Source: Cyanidioschyzon merolae (taxonomy: Eukaryota). Taken from it: 64,000 bases of DNA. Within the stretch, counting starts at the first letter, position 1, and every line of letters begins with the position of its first letter. The notes below the pieces were generated by a model. That model did not search any database and was not told the origin of the DNA. It was given only the letters and a program-made list of their open reading frames with translations. The DNA lies in assembly GCA_000091205.1 (NCBI GenBank), contig AP006485.2; one strand, 5' to 3'. Shown in pieces: positions 33,575-43,936 of this stretch. Made by a program: the position numbers and the translations under genes.

Positions 33575-34138
33575 TCAGATCCAAACTGAACACTGAACTG
33601 TTCACTCACATCCTCTCTACCAGGTTTTCCGAGTATTTTACGTGGACAGCCCCGCCGTGCAACGAGCACCAACAACAGCTTACACATTCATGCACAGCTC
33701 AAGGATTCCCGATCGCCTCTTCAACGATAATTACCCGACGTCATCGCTCGGCGGCATCCTCTCAAGCTTATGCCGAAATTCCACTGATCTTGTCACGCCA
33801 AAGAATAACCCATTCCGTTCTAGAGACAAACCCTCATCCGCTCTTCGCTGCCGTCCACCATACACCGTTCCACTCCAGAATGATGCGCCTCACGGGGTCC
33901 GCGCCCTCGAGCGCAACCCGAACCGTTTAAAGGTCGACGCTAAGGCAGCCATGAGCACCCTTCGACTGCTGCCAGGGTGCCGGAGGGACGCAAGAGCCCA
34001 GCTCATAGAAAGCCGGATTTGGGGGCAGGAACGAGGATTATGAACAGAAGCTGAAAGAGACCGGAAATGCTGGTTAGGATGGTAACGGGAAGCGATCCCA
34101 GCTGTAGAATGTGTGCCCAAGATAGGTGAGTGGACGTG
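33575..34138 (+). mobile_element. RepC copy 1: miniature internally deleted TnpB/Fanzor-derived element (about 565 bp)
   Basis: One of four near-identical copies. Its 133 aa ORF aligns to F1: the N-terminal part to ...RYFNDGVPGTS (RepC: RLFNDNYPTSS), and the C-terminal part to the Zn-ribbon plus RuvC-III region (RepC LKVDAKAAMSTLRLLPGCRRDARAQLIESRIWGQE against F1 ANQDSNAAINIRKCLVPEKRPAELTRANFVGQP). The 5' end has the hairpin TGAACA-CTGAAC-TGTTCA. The 3' end is ...gataggtgagtggacgtg. Confidence 0.6.
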
Positions 34139-34275
34139 TTCCATTTTAGTTTGATCTTGGTCTGAAGCTCAGCCAGAGCTTTGTATCGTCTGCGCCGAGT
34201 CTCCGATTCTGATTCGGAATCTGTGTTGGCTAAAGCCTCACCGTTCAAAACTGAAATCTAGCTAGTCTTGCGTCT

Positions 34276-35463
34276 ATGCGCAAGCGTGTTCGGGAGACAT
34301 CCCCCAAGGATGCTCCTAAAGAAGACCCAGAAAGTGCACTCACACGGCACGAAGCAGAGGTTTACGATCGACAGCTTAGGCTCTGGGGACACGGCGCTCA
34401 ATGGCGACTCTCACAGAGCTGTGCCTTGATGGTTGTTCTTTCGAGGGGCACATCCGATCTTCTTTGGTTCGAACTCGCTAAAAACCTTGTGCTTGCCGGT
34501 ATTGGACACCTGACTGTCAGCGCTTGGCTTTCGAACCCTGGAAAGTACGAAGGGACCACCGAGAGCGACTCTTGTGCTGTGTGCGGAGAAGGATTGGCAC
34601 CTATTTCAGAGACGCAGGCTTTTAGAGATATCAAGGAAATGAACCCTTTTGTTACAGTGGAGCCTGGACCAGATGCGGGGTCGCTTCTGAAGAGCGTGGA
34701 AAACCTGGTTAACTTGAACGCGAACTGCGTCTGCATCGTTTCACCCGATTTTGAAGAACCGAACCCGCCTTCATCGAATACATCGGATGACATGACCCCA
34801 TGCACACGCCTTGCGGAATTCTGTGCTGAACTGAACATTCCCTGCTTCATTGCTGCGAGCATTGGATACTGTTGCGGTTTCTTCGTCAGCGAACCGGAAG
34901 AAAACGAACACTCGTGTATCCAAGTGGCAGAGGCCTCAAACAAGAGAACGTCTCCGGGAGGCATGCGTTTTCGTAGAGCCGAACAGCATGCAAAACCTGC
35001 GGCCGTACAGGATCCTTCTCAGAATCATCCGCGATGGAAGTCGACCTATGGGAATATTCTGGCCAAATTACGCGACGTATCGCAGGACGACGCTTCTTTG
35101 AATATCGCGAATGAAGACGCATGGCGTCCGTTTCTCAGGTGGATGACGTTCCGGCGGATGCGGATGCCTCATCCCCTCTATAAGGTAATCGGCGCGACAG
35201 CGAGGAGCGCTCTTTTCGCCGAGAATGATGACTCGATCCCAACAAGTGGAAACGTCGTCGATGCGTTGGGCTGGAACTTTCCGCCACTAGCCAAAGTTAT
35301 CGGTGGAATCTGGTCTCTGGAAGTCATCAAAATGCTTGCTGGTATAGATCATACTCAGTATTTCGGGAATTTCTTTTTCTTCGACGGTATGACCGCATGC
35401 GGTGCATTCACTAAGCTCGTTACGAGCGATATTTCGATCGAACCAAGTCGGGCAGATCCATAA
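34276..35463 (+). CDS. SUMO-activating enzyme subunit 1 (SAE1/Aos1), ThiF-family E1
   Basis: YDRQLRLWGHGAQWRL...VLSRGTSDLLWFELAKNLVLAGIGHLTV at the N-terminus, and ...IGGIWSLEVIKMLAGID...NFFFFDGMTACGAF at the C-terminus. Both are characteristic of Aos1/SAE1. Confidence 0.7.
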   Translation: MRKRVRETSPKDAPKEDPESALTRHEAEVYDRQLRLWGHGAQWRLSQSCALMVVLSRGTSDLLWFELAKNLVLAGIGHLTVSAWLSNPGKYEGTTESDSCAVCGEGLAPISETQAFRDIKEMNPFVTVEPGPDAGSLLKSVENLVNLNANCVCIVSPDFEEPNPPSSNTSDDMTPCTRLAEFCAELNIPCFIAASIGYCCGFFVSEPEENEHSCIQVAEASNKRTSPGGMRFRRAEQHAKPAAVQDPSQNHPRWKSTYGNILAKLRDVSQDDASLNIANEDAWRPFLRWMTFRRMRMPHPLYKVIGATARSALFAENDDSIPTSGNVVDALGWNFPPLAKVIGGIWSLEVIKMLAGIDHTQYFGNFFFFDGMTACGAFTKLVTSDISIEPSRADP

Positions 35464-37005
35464 CTCTCCAGCCATGCACGCTCAGTCTGAGGAGAAGACT
35501 GGGATAGCGAATGTTAAAAGCAGTATAATGGTATTCTTTTCGAATCAAGCTCCAACAGGGGCGTCTCATTATGTGATGTTGTCTATTCGTTTCCCGATCG
35601 ATATGCGCCGCGCACAAAACCCACGAGGTTGCTCAGAGCATATGTACCTTTGTCTACATGCCATTCGCAGCTTCCTGATGTTCCTAACAGTTCGCATAAG
35701 GCTAACGGCCGCTCTAACTGCACAGCGGATGAATGCATACGAAGCAGCGGACCGCACTGGGCCGTCTCACGTGTAGAGCAGCGCGAAACTAAGATGCAAA
35801 ATTGGTGTCCAATTCCAGGAACCGGCCTTGAAAACCTGTCCGCTCTGATGTAGGTCGCAAAACGTAACTGAGAGCCCAGCAACCCGTCATATGTCGCCCA
35901 GTTCATGCTGAATAATATTGATTGCCCCTGCGGGTGCAGATGTGTGCATGGTTTGGACAGAGCTTCTATCAGAAACAAATCGTATTGTTTAATCAGGTTG
36001 AACGTCCTTCTTCGTCGCTGACTGTGCAAGCGCATTGTGTGAAAACGAACCAAAAGCATAAAATCTCTCCAAAACCGGAATGTGAATTAAATATTTGTTT
36101 CTGCACAGCACTGTCATGGAGCACTGAGCTTGCTAAGAAATTTTGTGAGAAGTATGGTGCACAGGTTACTTTTTTATTTCGGGACCCATGACGCGCGACG
36201 CTCCCATCCGAATGAATATTTTTAACTCGGGAAGATTGCGACCTCGATGCTTTCCAGCGAGATAACAGTAGACATAGACATTTAAACCAATATAAACGAC
36301 CCCGGGATGTCGCGGATCCGGTGCATTTGAAGATGCAGCGATGTGAATTTGCTTTCCAAGAAAAGTAAATCTAGTTCCACAGATGCGAATACTCTCGGTT
36401 TCATCAGGCTACGAGTATATCTTTTGGATGCGGAGCAAGTCTTGAATAATGCGTTCAGCAGACACAACACAAGTCGGCGCAGCGCCCTTCAGGAATCTTC
36501 ATGGCATGGACCTATTACGTGCTGTGGTAACCTCGCAGAAGCAGCCGGGAGTGGCCGCCACAAGCCCCGGAACTGGAGCTCTTATGGGCTCCTTTCGTTG
36601 CCTCCATGTAGCAAGTAGCATTATGACAACCGCTCTTGTTAAATCTTGCACAACAGAGCATCCATATAAGTAACAGTGAGAAGGAACCAGAGTCTCGAAG
36701 GCACACGGCAAAAGCTGGCCGATATCCAGCAAATTCTTGTGGCTTCTTTAACTGCATCTCGTTACTGAGTGCTAGGGAGCTCCGACATCCTGTTTACGCC
36801 TTCACAGAGACCGAGCAGAAAAAAGTCGTACACGTGCGCATCGAGTGCCGAATGCCCTTGGACCAGGATATTCCACTTGACTCTTTCGCAGTGTGGCTTT
36901 TGATGTAGTTTTTAGAAGGTCCGAGACAAGATGAAGCTATCGAAGCCGTTTGTGCGACTTTCGCGTATGCCAGCTCTGCAAACACGCTGTAACTGCAACA
37001 AACTT

Positions 37006-37570
37006 ATCAGATACAAGCTGAAAACTGAACTGTTCACTCACATCCTTTCTACCAGGTTTTCCGAGTATTTTTCGTGGACAGCCCCGCCGTGCAACGAGCA
37101 CCAACAACAGCTTACACATTCATGCACAGCTCAAGGATTCCCGATCGCCTCTTCAACGATAATTACCCGACGTCATCGCTCGGCGGCATCCTCTCAAGCT
37201 TATGCCGAAACTCCACTGATCTTGTCACGCCAAAGAATAACCCATTCCGTTCTAGAGACAAACCCTCATCCGCTCTTCGCTGCCGTCCACCATACACCGT
37301 TCCACTCCAGAATGATGCGCCTCACGGAGTCCGCGCCCTCGAGCGCAACCCGAACCGTTTAAAGGTCGACGCTAAGGCAGCCATGAGCACCCTTCGACTG
37401 CTGCCAGGGTGCCGGAGGGACGCAAGAGCCCAGCTCATAGAAAGCCGGATTTGGGGGCAGGAACGAGGATTATGAACAGAAGCTGAAAGAGACCGGAAAT
37501 GCTGGTGAGGATGGCAACGGGAAGCGATCCCAGCTGTGGAATGTATGCCCATGATAGGTGAGTGGACATG
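37006..37570 (+). mobile_element. RepC copy 2
   Basis: Identical 133 aa ORF translation (37074..37475) to copies 1 and 4. The terminal ...gtgagtggacATG abuts, and provides, the first ATG of the Hsp78 ORF. Confidence 0.6.
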
Positions 37571-39973
37571 TTCCATATTCAGTCTGACAGCCGCTCTGCC
37601 GCTTTCCGAGAAGCTGCGAGCGCGCGCATTCCGGGTGCGTCGAGATTCGCCGCGAGAATTCCGGCAGGCATCTCACCAGATCGCATTGCGCGAATCGAAA
37701 TTGGTTTTGGGATCAAAATTTGCGTTGGACATGTTCATTCTTCGCTACGAGAAATGCAAGGAAACCAGGACTCGCAACAAGAAGATCCCCTTAAGGTTTA
37801 CGGACGAGATCTGGTCGCCGAGGCTGAGGCAGGTCGACTGGATCCGGTGATTGGTCGCGATGCTGAGCTGCGGCGTGTGATTCAGATCCTGTCAAGGAGG
37901 ACCAAAAACAATCCGGTTCTAATCGGCGAGCCCGGTGTGGGCAAGACAGCAATTGTTGAAGCTCTGGCACAGCGTATCGTACGTGGTGACGTCCCGGAAG
38001 CGTTGTCAGGTACCCGAGTAGTCGCTTTGGATATGGCTGCTTTGATTGCTGGAGCAAAGTATCGGGGCGAGTTCGAGGAGCGTCTGAAGGGTATAATTAA
38101 GGCTGTAAAGGAGTCCGCGGGAAAAATCATTCTATTCATCGACGAAATCCATACTGTTCTCGGTGCAGGCTCCACTAGTGGTGAAAGCATGGATGCAGCG
38201 AATATTCTGAAACCGGCACTCGCTCGCGGCGAGCTCAGATGTATCGGTGCAACTACTGTTGACGAGTATAAGAAGCACGTGGAGAAGGACGCAGCGTTTG
38301 AAAGGCGGTTTCAACAAGTCTACGTATCTGAACCCTCCGTTGAAGAGACGATATCAATTCTGCGGGGCCTTCGACCCGTATACGAGAGTTTCCACGGTGT
38401 TCGAGTAACTGACGCGAGCCTCATCGCAGCAGCACAACTGAGCGATCGGTATATTCGCGACCGCTTTCTACCAGACAAAGCAATCGATCTCCTAGATGAG
38501 GCATGCAGCGCTATCCGGGTACAGCTAGACTCGCAACCAGAAATTATCGATCGCCTCGAAAGGCGGAAGCTGCAGCTCGAGATTGAGGAAACAGCGCTGC
38601 AACGGGAGAAAGACAAAGCGAGCAAGCAACGTCTCGAAAGCGTTCGGGAAGAAATAGCGAAAATAGATGAAGAACTTCGACCCCTGAAGAAGAAGTTTGA
38701 GAAGGAGATGCAGAAGGTGAATGAAGTGCGACACATCAGGTCGAAAATTGAGGAGCTGAAACGAAAAGCGGAGCTTGCCGAGCGGCGTCGGGACCTTGCG
38801 CTCGCCTCTGACCTACGATTTGGTGCGATTCCGGAGTTGCAATCACGACTGAGTCAACTTACGCGAGAAATTGATGAAGAGCGATCCCAGCGAGCATTAC
38901 ATGCGAGTTCGCGACTTTCAGGCACAGAGGCAGAAAGTGCTGTTCTGGTTTCAGAAACAGTGGAGCCCGCGCACATTGCCGAAGTAGTCTCGCGCTGGAC
39001 CGGCATACCCGTGTCGAGACTAACGCAAGGAGAACGAGAACGCCTGCTGCATCTCCGAGAGCGCCTCATGTCGCGAATTGTTGGCCAGGCGCAAGCCATA
39101 TCTGCTATAGCGGATGCGATTCTTCGATCCCGTGCTGGATTTGGCCGTGAGCAACAGCCTATTGGCTCTTTTCTGTTCTTAGGACCCACTGGTGTTGGCA
39201 AGACTGAGACGGCCAAAGCGCTCGCCGTGGAGCTTTTTGACACGGAGAAGAACATTGTGCGCATCGATATGAGCGAATACATGGAGAAACATGCGGTCGC
39301 CCGGCTCATTGGATCACCGCCGGGCTATGTCGGCTACGAAGAGGGCGGCCAGCTCACGGAGGCGATTCGGAGACGTCCTTACTCCGTGGTGCTCCTAGAC
39401 GAGGTGGAAAAGGCGCACCCGGAAGTCTTGAATATACTTCTCCAAGTTCTAGATGATGGAAGGCTCACGGATGGGCACGGGAAGGTCGTCGACTTTAGCA
39501 ACTGCGTCATCATCATGACATCGAATATCGGCAGCAAGTATATCCTCGATCTCAACGGCAGCGCAAAAGATGCTGAACCGTTTGTAATGGAAGAGGTTCG
39601 CCGTACTTTCCGCCCAGAGTTCTTGAATCGGCTGGATGCGATTGTGTTGTATAACGCTCTCGGTGAGGTACAACTAGCTGCAATTGTCCGTTTGCAACTT
39701 GCGGACGTGGGCAAGCGCCTTGCGCGTGAGCAGATTATGCTGCAGTGCACCGATGCTGCTGTAATTCGCATCCTGAATGAGGCGAAGGCGAATCCTGCGT
39801 ACGGCGCTCGGCCTATTCGACGCTTCATCGAGCAAGAGCTCGTGACAGAGTTGAGCCGTATGCATATTTCTGGTGAATTGCTCAGCGGTGGCCGTGTCAT
39901 CGTGGATGTTGATCAGCGTGGGGACTGGATATTCCGGGTCGAAAATCCCAGCCTGATGGATGACGACGAATGA
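37568..39973 (+). CDS. Hsp78/ClpB-type AAA+ disaggregase (organellar; no N-domain, presequence-like N-terminus)
   Basis: Colinear with yeast Hsp78 from [48 protein letters not shown] through both NBDs ([15 protein letters not shown]..., sensor-2 GARPIRR). The listed ORF start is GTG at 37562. The first ATG is at 37568 ([23 protein letters not shown]...). The Arg/Ser-rich start is presequence-like. Confidence 0.85.
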   Translation: MFHIQSDSRSAAFREAASARIPGASRFAARIPAGISPDRIARIEIGFGIKICVGHVHSSLREMQGNQDSQQEDPLKVYGRDLVAEAEAGRLDPVIGRDAELRRVIQILSRRTKNNPVLIGEPGVGKTAIVEALAQRIVRGDVPEALSGTRVVALDMAALIAGAKYRGEFEERLKGIIKAVKESAGKIILFIDEIHTVLGAGSTSGESMDAANILKPALARGELRCIGATTVDEYKKHVEKDAAFERRFQQVYVSEPSVEETISILRGLRPVYESFHGVRVTDASLIAAAQLSDRYIRDRFLPDKAIDLLDEACSAIRVQLDSQPEIIDRLERRKLQLEIEETALQREKDKASKQRLESVREEIAKIDEELRPLKKKFEKEMQKVNEVRHIRSKIEELKRKAELAERRRDLALASDLRFGAIPELQSRLSQLTREIDEERSQRALHASSRLSGTEAESAVLVSETVEPAHIAEVVSRWTGIPVSRLTQGERERLLHLRERLMSRIVGQAQAISAIADAILRSRAGFGREQQPIGSFLFLGPTGVGKTETAKALAVELFDTEKNIVRIDMSEYMEKHAVARLIGSPPGYVGYEEGGQLTEAIRRRPYSVVLLDEVEKAHPEVLNILLQVLDDGRLTDGHGKVVDFSNCVIIMTSNIGSKYILDLNGSAKDAEPFVMEEVRRTFRPEFLNRLDAIVLYNALGEVQLAAIVRLQLADVGKRLAREQIMLQCTDAAVIRILNEAKANPAYGARPIRRFIEQELVTELSRMHISGELLSGGRVIVDVDQRGDWIFRVENPSLMDDDE

Positions 39974-40043
39974 TCACGCCCTTCTGTTACCGCACTATGC
40001 AGCCGTTTGAAGCAATATTGGCATAATAATACCTAAACCCTCA

Positions 40044-40607
40044 TCAGATACAAGCTGAACACTGAACTGTTCACTCACATCCTCTCTACCAGGTTTTCCG
40101 AGTATTTTACGTGGACAGCCCCGCCGTGCAACGAGCACCAACAACAGCTTACACATTCACGCACAGCTCAAGGATTCCCGATCGCCTCTTCAACGATAAT
40201 TACCCGACGTCATCGCTCGGCGGCATCCTCTCAAGCTTATGCCGAAATTCCACTGATCTTGTCACGCCAAAGAATAACCCATTCCGTTCTAGAGACAAAC
40301 CCTCATCCGCTCTTCGCTGCCGTCCACCATACACCGTTCCACTCCAGAATGATGCGCCTCACGGGGTCCGCGCCCTCGAGCGCAACCCGAACCGTTTAAA
40401 GGTCGACGCTAAGGCAGCCATGAGCACCCTTCGACTGCTGCCAGGGTGCCGGAGGGACGCAAGAGCCCAGCTCATAGAAAGCCGGATTTGGGGGCAGGAA
40501 CGAGGATTATGAACAGAAGCTGAAAGAGACCGGAAATGCTGGTTAGGATGGTAACGGGAAGCGATCCCAGCTGTAGAATGTGTGCCCAAGATAGGTGAGT
40601 GGACATG
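40044..40607 (+). mobile_element. RepC copy 3
   Basis: 133 aa ORF at 40111..40512 with one substitution (TFTHSS). Same termini as the other copies. Confidence 0.6.
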
Positions 40608-40868
40608 ATCTATTTTTCTTCTGACACAGTTGCAGCTGCTGCGCGAAAACAGCGCGTAAACAGAGTGGCCTCGCTTTCAAAGAGCTACGTCAGACACTGT
40701 GATTTTAGGCGCTCGATATCTTAGCGCATAACTTAAGCTTCATAAACTTAGTGGGTAACTGCACACGAGCGCAGTAGCGTGCCCACGTAGCAGCCTGCTG
40801 CAGGCACGAATAGTTCACGAGAGGCAGCGTTTGCTTCGAGTGCTCGCACAAACGAGGCGTCAGGCCTC

Positions 40869-41501
40869 ATGGGAGGCCGCCAAAGCAAACCGCACAGCAG
40901 CTCTCCGCCTGGAGCCAAGCAGCGACACACGGCACTGGAGCAGAGCTTGGTGCAACCTAGAGCCTACACAGACAATGAGTGGGACGAGGTTATTTCACGC
41001 GTTCGCGCTCACGAGCGGCAGCTATTCTCCAAGAAACAACAGCTCTTTGAGGCGGCAAGTACCGCATACAAAAAAGGACAGGGAGCAGAGGCAAAGCGGC
41101 TCTCTCGAACTGCTCATCAAACCGATGAGAAGTATCGGAGGGCACGTCAGGAAGCCTCGGTAACAATTTTGCACCTAAGGAACCATGGGAAACCTGCGGA
41201 TACTTTAGACCTACATGGCCAATATGTTGAGGAGGCTCTCTCGTTCACCAAACAACGACTCAAGGAGCTGCGGAATATAAACAATGCGCAACGTACATCG
41301 AGTCTGTTGATCATAACAGGTGCCGGACACCATAGCGAAGACGGTCGAGCGAAAATTCGGCCGGCAGTACTGAATTTTCTCCGGAAGAAGGGATATTCCT
41401 TCAAAGAAGAAGGTCCTGGGGCTTTCAGGGTTCATTTGGGCGCGGAAAGCACAGAGGGATGCTTCGCGTCTCTACTTCGGATGCTGGGCCTGAAAAAGTG
41501 A
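40869..41501 (+). CDS. DUF1771-Smr domain protein (second paralogue), N-terminal MGxxxS myristoylation-like start
   Basis: Smr domain: TLDLHGQYVEEALSFTKQRL...LLIITGAGHHSEDGRAKIRPAVLNFLRKKGYSF. A preceding DUF1771-like helix (EAKRLSRTAHQTDEKYRRARQEA) is present. The ATG is at 40869. Confidence 0.55.
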   Translation: MGGRQSKPHSSSPPGAKQRHTALEQSLVQPRAYTDNEWDEVISRVRAHERQLFSKKQQLFEAASTAYKKGQGAEAKRLSRTAHQTDEKYRRARQEASVTILHLRNHGKPADTLDLHGQYVEEALSFTKQRLKELRNINNAQRTSSLLIITGAGHHSEDGRAKIRPAVLNFLRKKGYSFKEEGPGAFRVHLGAESTEGCFASLLRMLGLKK

Positions 41502-41532
41502 AGCCTATGGCAGTCATCATCAATGGACCTGG

Positions 41533-42282
41533 TCAGTGCATATCCTGGTGAACGGATGGATTCAATGTCAGGTCATATGCCATGTCGGGATCCTCAGACT
41601 CGTGGTCGCCGCAAGGAACGAAAGCAGGTATCGCAGTTAGCTCTTCTCGAGAGCTCGCGTACGAACGCCCTACTGTGAAACCTCTACACACGATGAAACT
41701 CTCAAGGCTTGAATTACGGCTCGAACGGGGTTTTGCGATATACAGTTCCCGAAAATAGGGACGTATACGAGCATAGAGAAGCGCCGACTCATAGCCGCGA
41801 AATATTTTTGCGACGAACTTACCGCCTTCCGCAAGCATGGCTACGCAGAAACGGAGAGCAGCTTGAACAAGTTCGCACTGCACGTATTCGTCAAGATCGT
41901 GCAGACCTGTAACGTCAGGGGCACCGTCGCTAAGTACCAGATCAGCTCTGCGACCACCGAGTGCGCAACGAACACGCTCCAGCGTATCTTCCTGAGTGAT
42001 GTCTCCTTGCAGGGTACAGACTCCTGGAATGGGAGCTATGTCCTGCAGATCAACAGCAACGGCACAGTTTCCCTCCGAAGCGCTCTCTGGCAGACGGAGC
42101 TTCTGACTTACAACCTGCGACCAACTTCCAGGGGCTGCACAAAGATCAGCAACGGTGCGAACACCGGTAAAAATCCCAAACTCATCGTCCAGCTGAAGTA
42201 GCTTGAAAGCGGAACGAGCCCGGAAGCCTTCCTCTTTTGCTTTTCGGTAGTAAACATCCCGCTTATCCTTACTTCTCGTCAT
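41533..42282 (-). CDS. FtsJ/RrmJ-family 2'-O-ribose RNA methyltransferase (Trm7/FTSJ1-like)
   Basis: MTRSKDKRDVYYRKAKEEGFRARSAFKLLQLDDEF...DLCAAPGSWSQV matches the Trm7/FtsJ N-terminus and SAM-binding motif. The listed start is TTG; the ATG is at 42280-42282. Confidence 0.75.
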   Translation of the reverse strand: MTRSKDKRDVYYRKAKEEGFRARSAFKLLQLDDEFGIFTGVRTVADLCAAPGSWSQVVSQKLRLPESASEGNCAVAVDLQDIAPIPGVCTLQGDITQEDTLERVRCALGGRRADLVLSDGAPDVTGLHDLDEYVQCELVQAALRFCVAMLAEGGKFVAKIFRGYESALLYARIRPYFRELYIAKPRSSRNSSLESFIVCRGFTVGRSYASSREELTAIPAFVPCGDHESEDPDMAYDLTLNPSVHQDMH

Positions 42283-43372
42283 ACTATGAGCTGCGTGTGC
42301 AGGACTCGACAAGTAGGTCTACAACCAGAGCATTTGTTTGAATGTGCTGCGTCGCAGCCTTGCGACAGATGAGAAATTTCAGCTCTTCGTTGCAGGTTCC
42401 GCCGTGTCATGTCGTCTGTTGCATCTGCTATCCGATAAGCAGTGCATCTCATCATCACAGCTGGCCCAACCAGAATCGTTGAAGTTGCGCTACTCACTAG
42501 GAACGAAGTGCTCATACGAGTAGCCACGTCCCAGCTGACAAGCATTTATGGCACAGCCTTCGTGACTCATTCCTTTGTCCCCTACAAGTGCTTGAACATT
42601 ATCGCCTTAAGATGAAAAAAACACAAACGCGCCTGTGAAATACTGGTACCCTTCCTGAACCTGTGAGTTGGACACATATCGAGAGTTAGTCCACTGACGG
42701 TTGGGCACTCTGCCTCTGATACATAGTGGTGAATTGAACGATTCACCGCTCCGCGCCTTGGAACGCAGGAATAGCGCAGTAGCTATCCCTTTCCATCTTA
42801 TTTTTAGGTGCATGGGCGCGTGTTTAGTGCTAGAGCAGCTCAACAGCGTCAATTCGATACGAACAAGGTAGTCGCACTTCAGGGGTCATAAAGGTCTGTA
42901 AGGTTCGCGGTACTGTCGCGACGGCACTCGAGGTACGCTTTGACATCGTAGAGCTGCAAAGCCTAATCGTTGGTTCGAAGGGATAGCTAAATCGGTGTAG
43001 TACTCCATCACGATACGCAGCTCCAAATATACTCGCTAGACGGCTACAGTTGCGTCGTTGTAGCGGCATTGCAGGCCAACACAGGCAGTTCAGCATCAAT
43101 ATACACCGTCTTTGCGAGCAAGGCGGACTTGTCTTACCTACCGGCACGGATGCTTCGAGGCTTTGTGGTAATGCTGGGCGTTTCGGCATCTGCGACGAAG
43201 CGCCGATATGCACCGGGGGGCGTCGCCGCTTAGTAGAACAAATAAAGATTCAAATCTTGCACTCCACAGAACAATGCGTTGCACTAGCAGGTGATAAACT
43301 AGCGGAGTTGCAGGCTGGAACCGAAAGCTTCCATGAAAAATATGCGAATCAGAACGAAACGCTATACCTGTA

Positions 43373-43936
43373 CCGGATCCAAACTGAACACTGAACTGTT
43401 CACTCACATCCTCTCTACCAGGTTTTCCGAGTATTTTTCGTGGACAGCCCCGCCGTGCAACGAGCACCAACAACAGCTTACACATTCATGCACAGCTCAA
43501 GGATTCCCGATCGCCTCTTCAACGATAATTACCCGACGTCATCGCTCGGCGGCATCCTCTCAAGCTTATGCCGAAACTCCACTGATCTTGTCACGCCAAA
43601 GAATAACCCATTCCGTTCTAGAGACAAACCCTCATCCGCTCTTCGCTGCCGTCCACCATACACCGTTCCACTCCAGAATGATGCGCCTCACGGAGTCCGC
43701 GCCCTCGAGCGCAACCCGAACCGTTTAAAGGTCGACGCTAAGGCAGCCATGAGCACCCTTCGACTGCTGCCAGGGTGCCGGAGGGACGCAAGAGCCCAGC
43801 TCATAGAAAGCCGGATTTGGGGGCAGGAACGAGGATTATGAACAGAAGCTGAAAGAGACCGGAAATGCTGGTGAGGATGGCAACGGGAAGCGATCCCAGC
43901 TGTAGAATGTGTGCCCAAAATAGGTGAGTGGACATG
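43373..43936 (+). mobile_element. RepC copy 4
   Basis: 133 aa ORF at 43440..43841 identical to copy 2. The 5' junction is ...ccggatccaaactgaacactg; the 3' end is ...taggtgagtggacatg. Confidence 0.6.

Noticed and set aside
33642-34043. The 133 aa RepC ORF as a functional protein-coding gene
   Set aside because: It aligns to the N- and C-terminal pieces of the TnpB-like protein with the RuvC-I/II core deleted. The RuvC-III motif is degenerate (VDAKAAMSTL) and copy 1 has lost the terminal ATG. It is a relic frame, not a gene.
33575-43936. Regularly spaced ~565 bp repeats as a CRISPR-like array
   Set aside because: The units are about 565 bp, 3.3 kb apart, with eukaryotic genes between them, in a eukaryotic genome. 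They are transposon-derived, not short repeat-spacer units.
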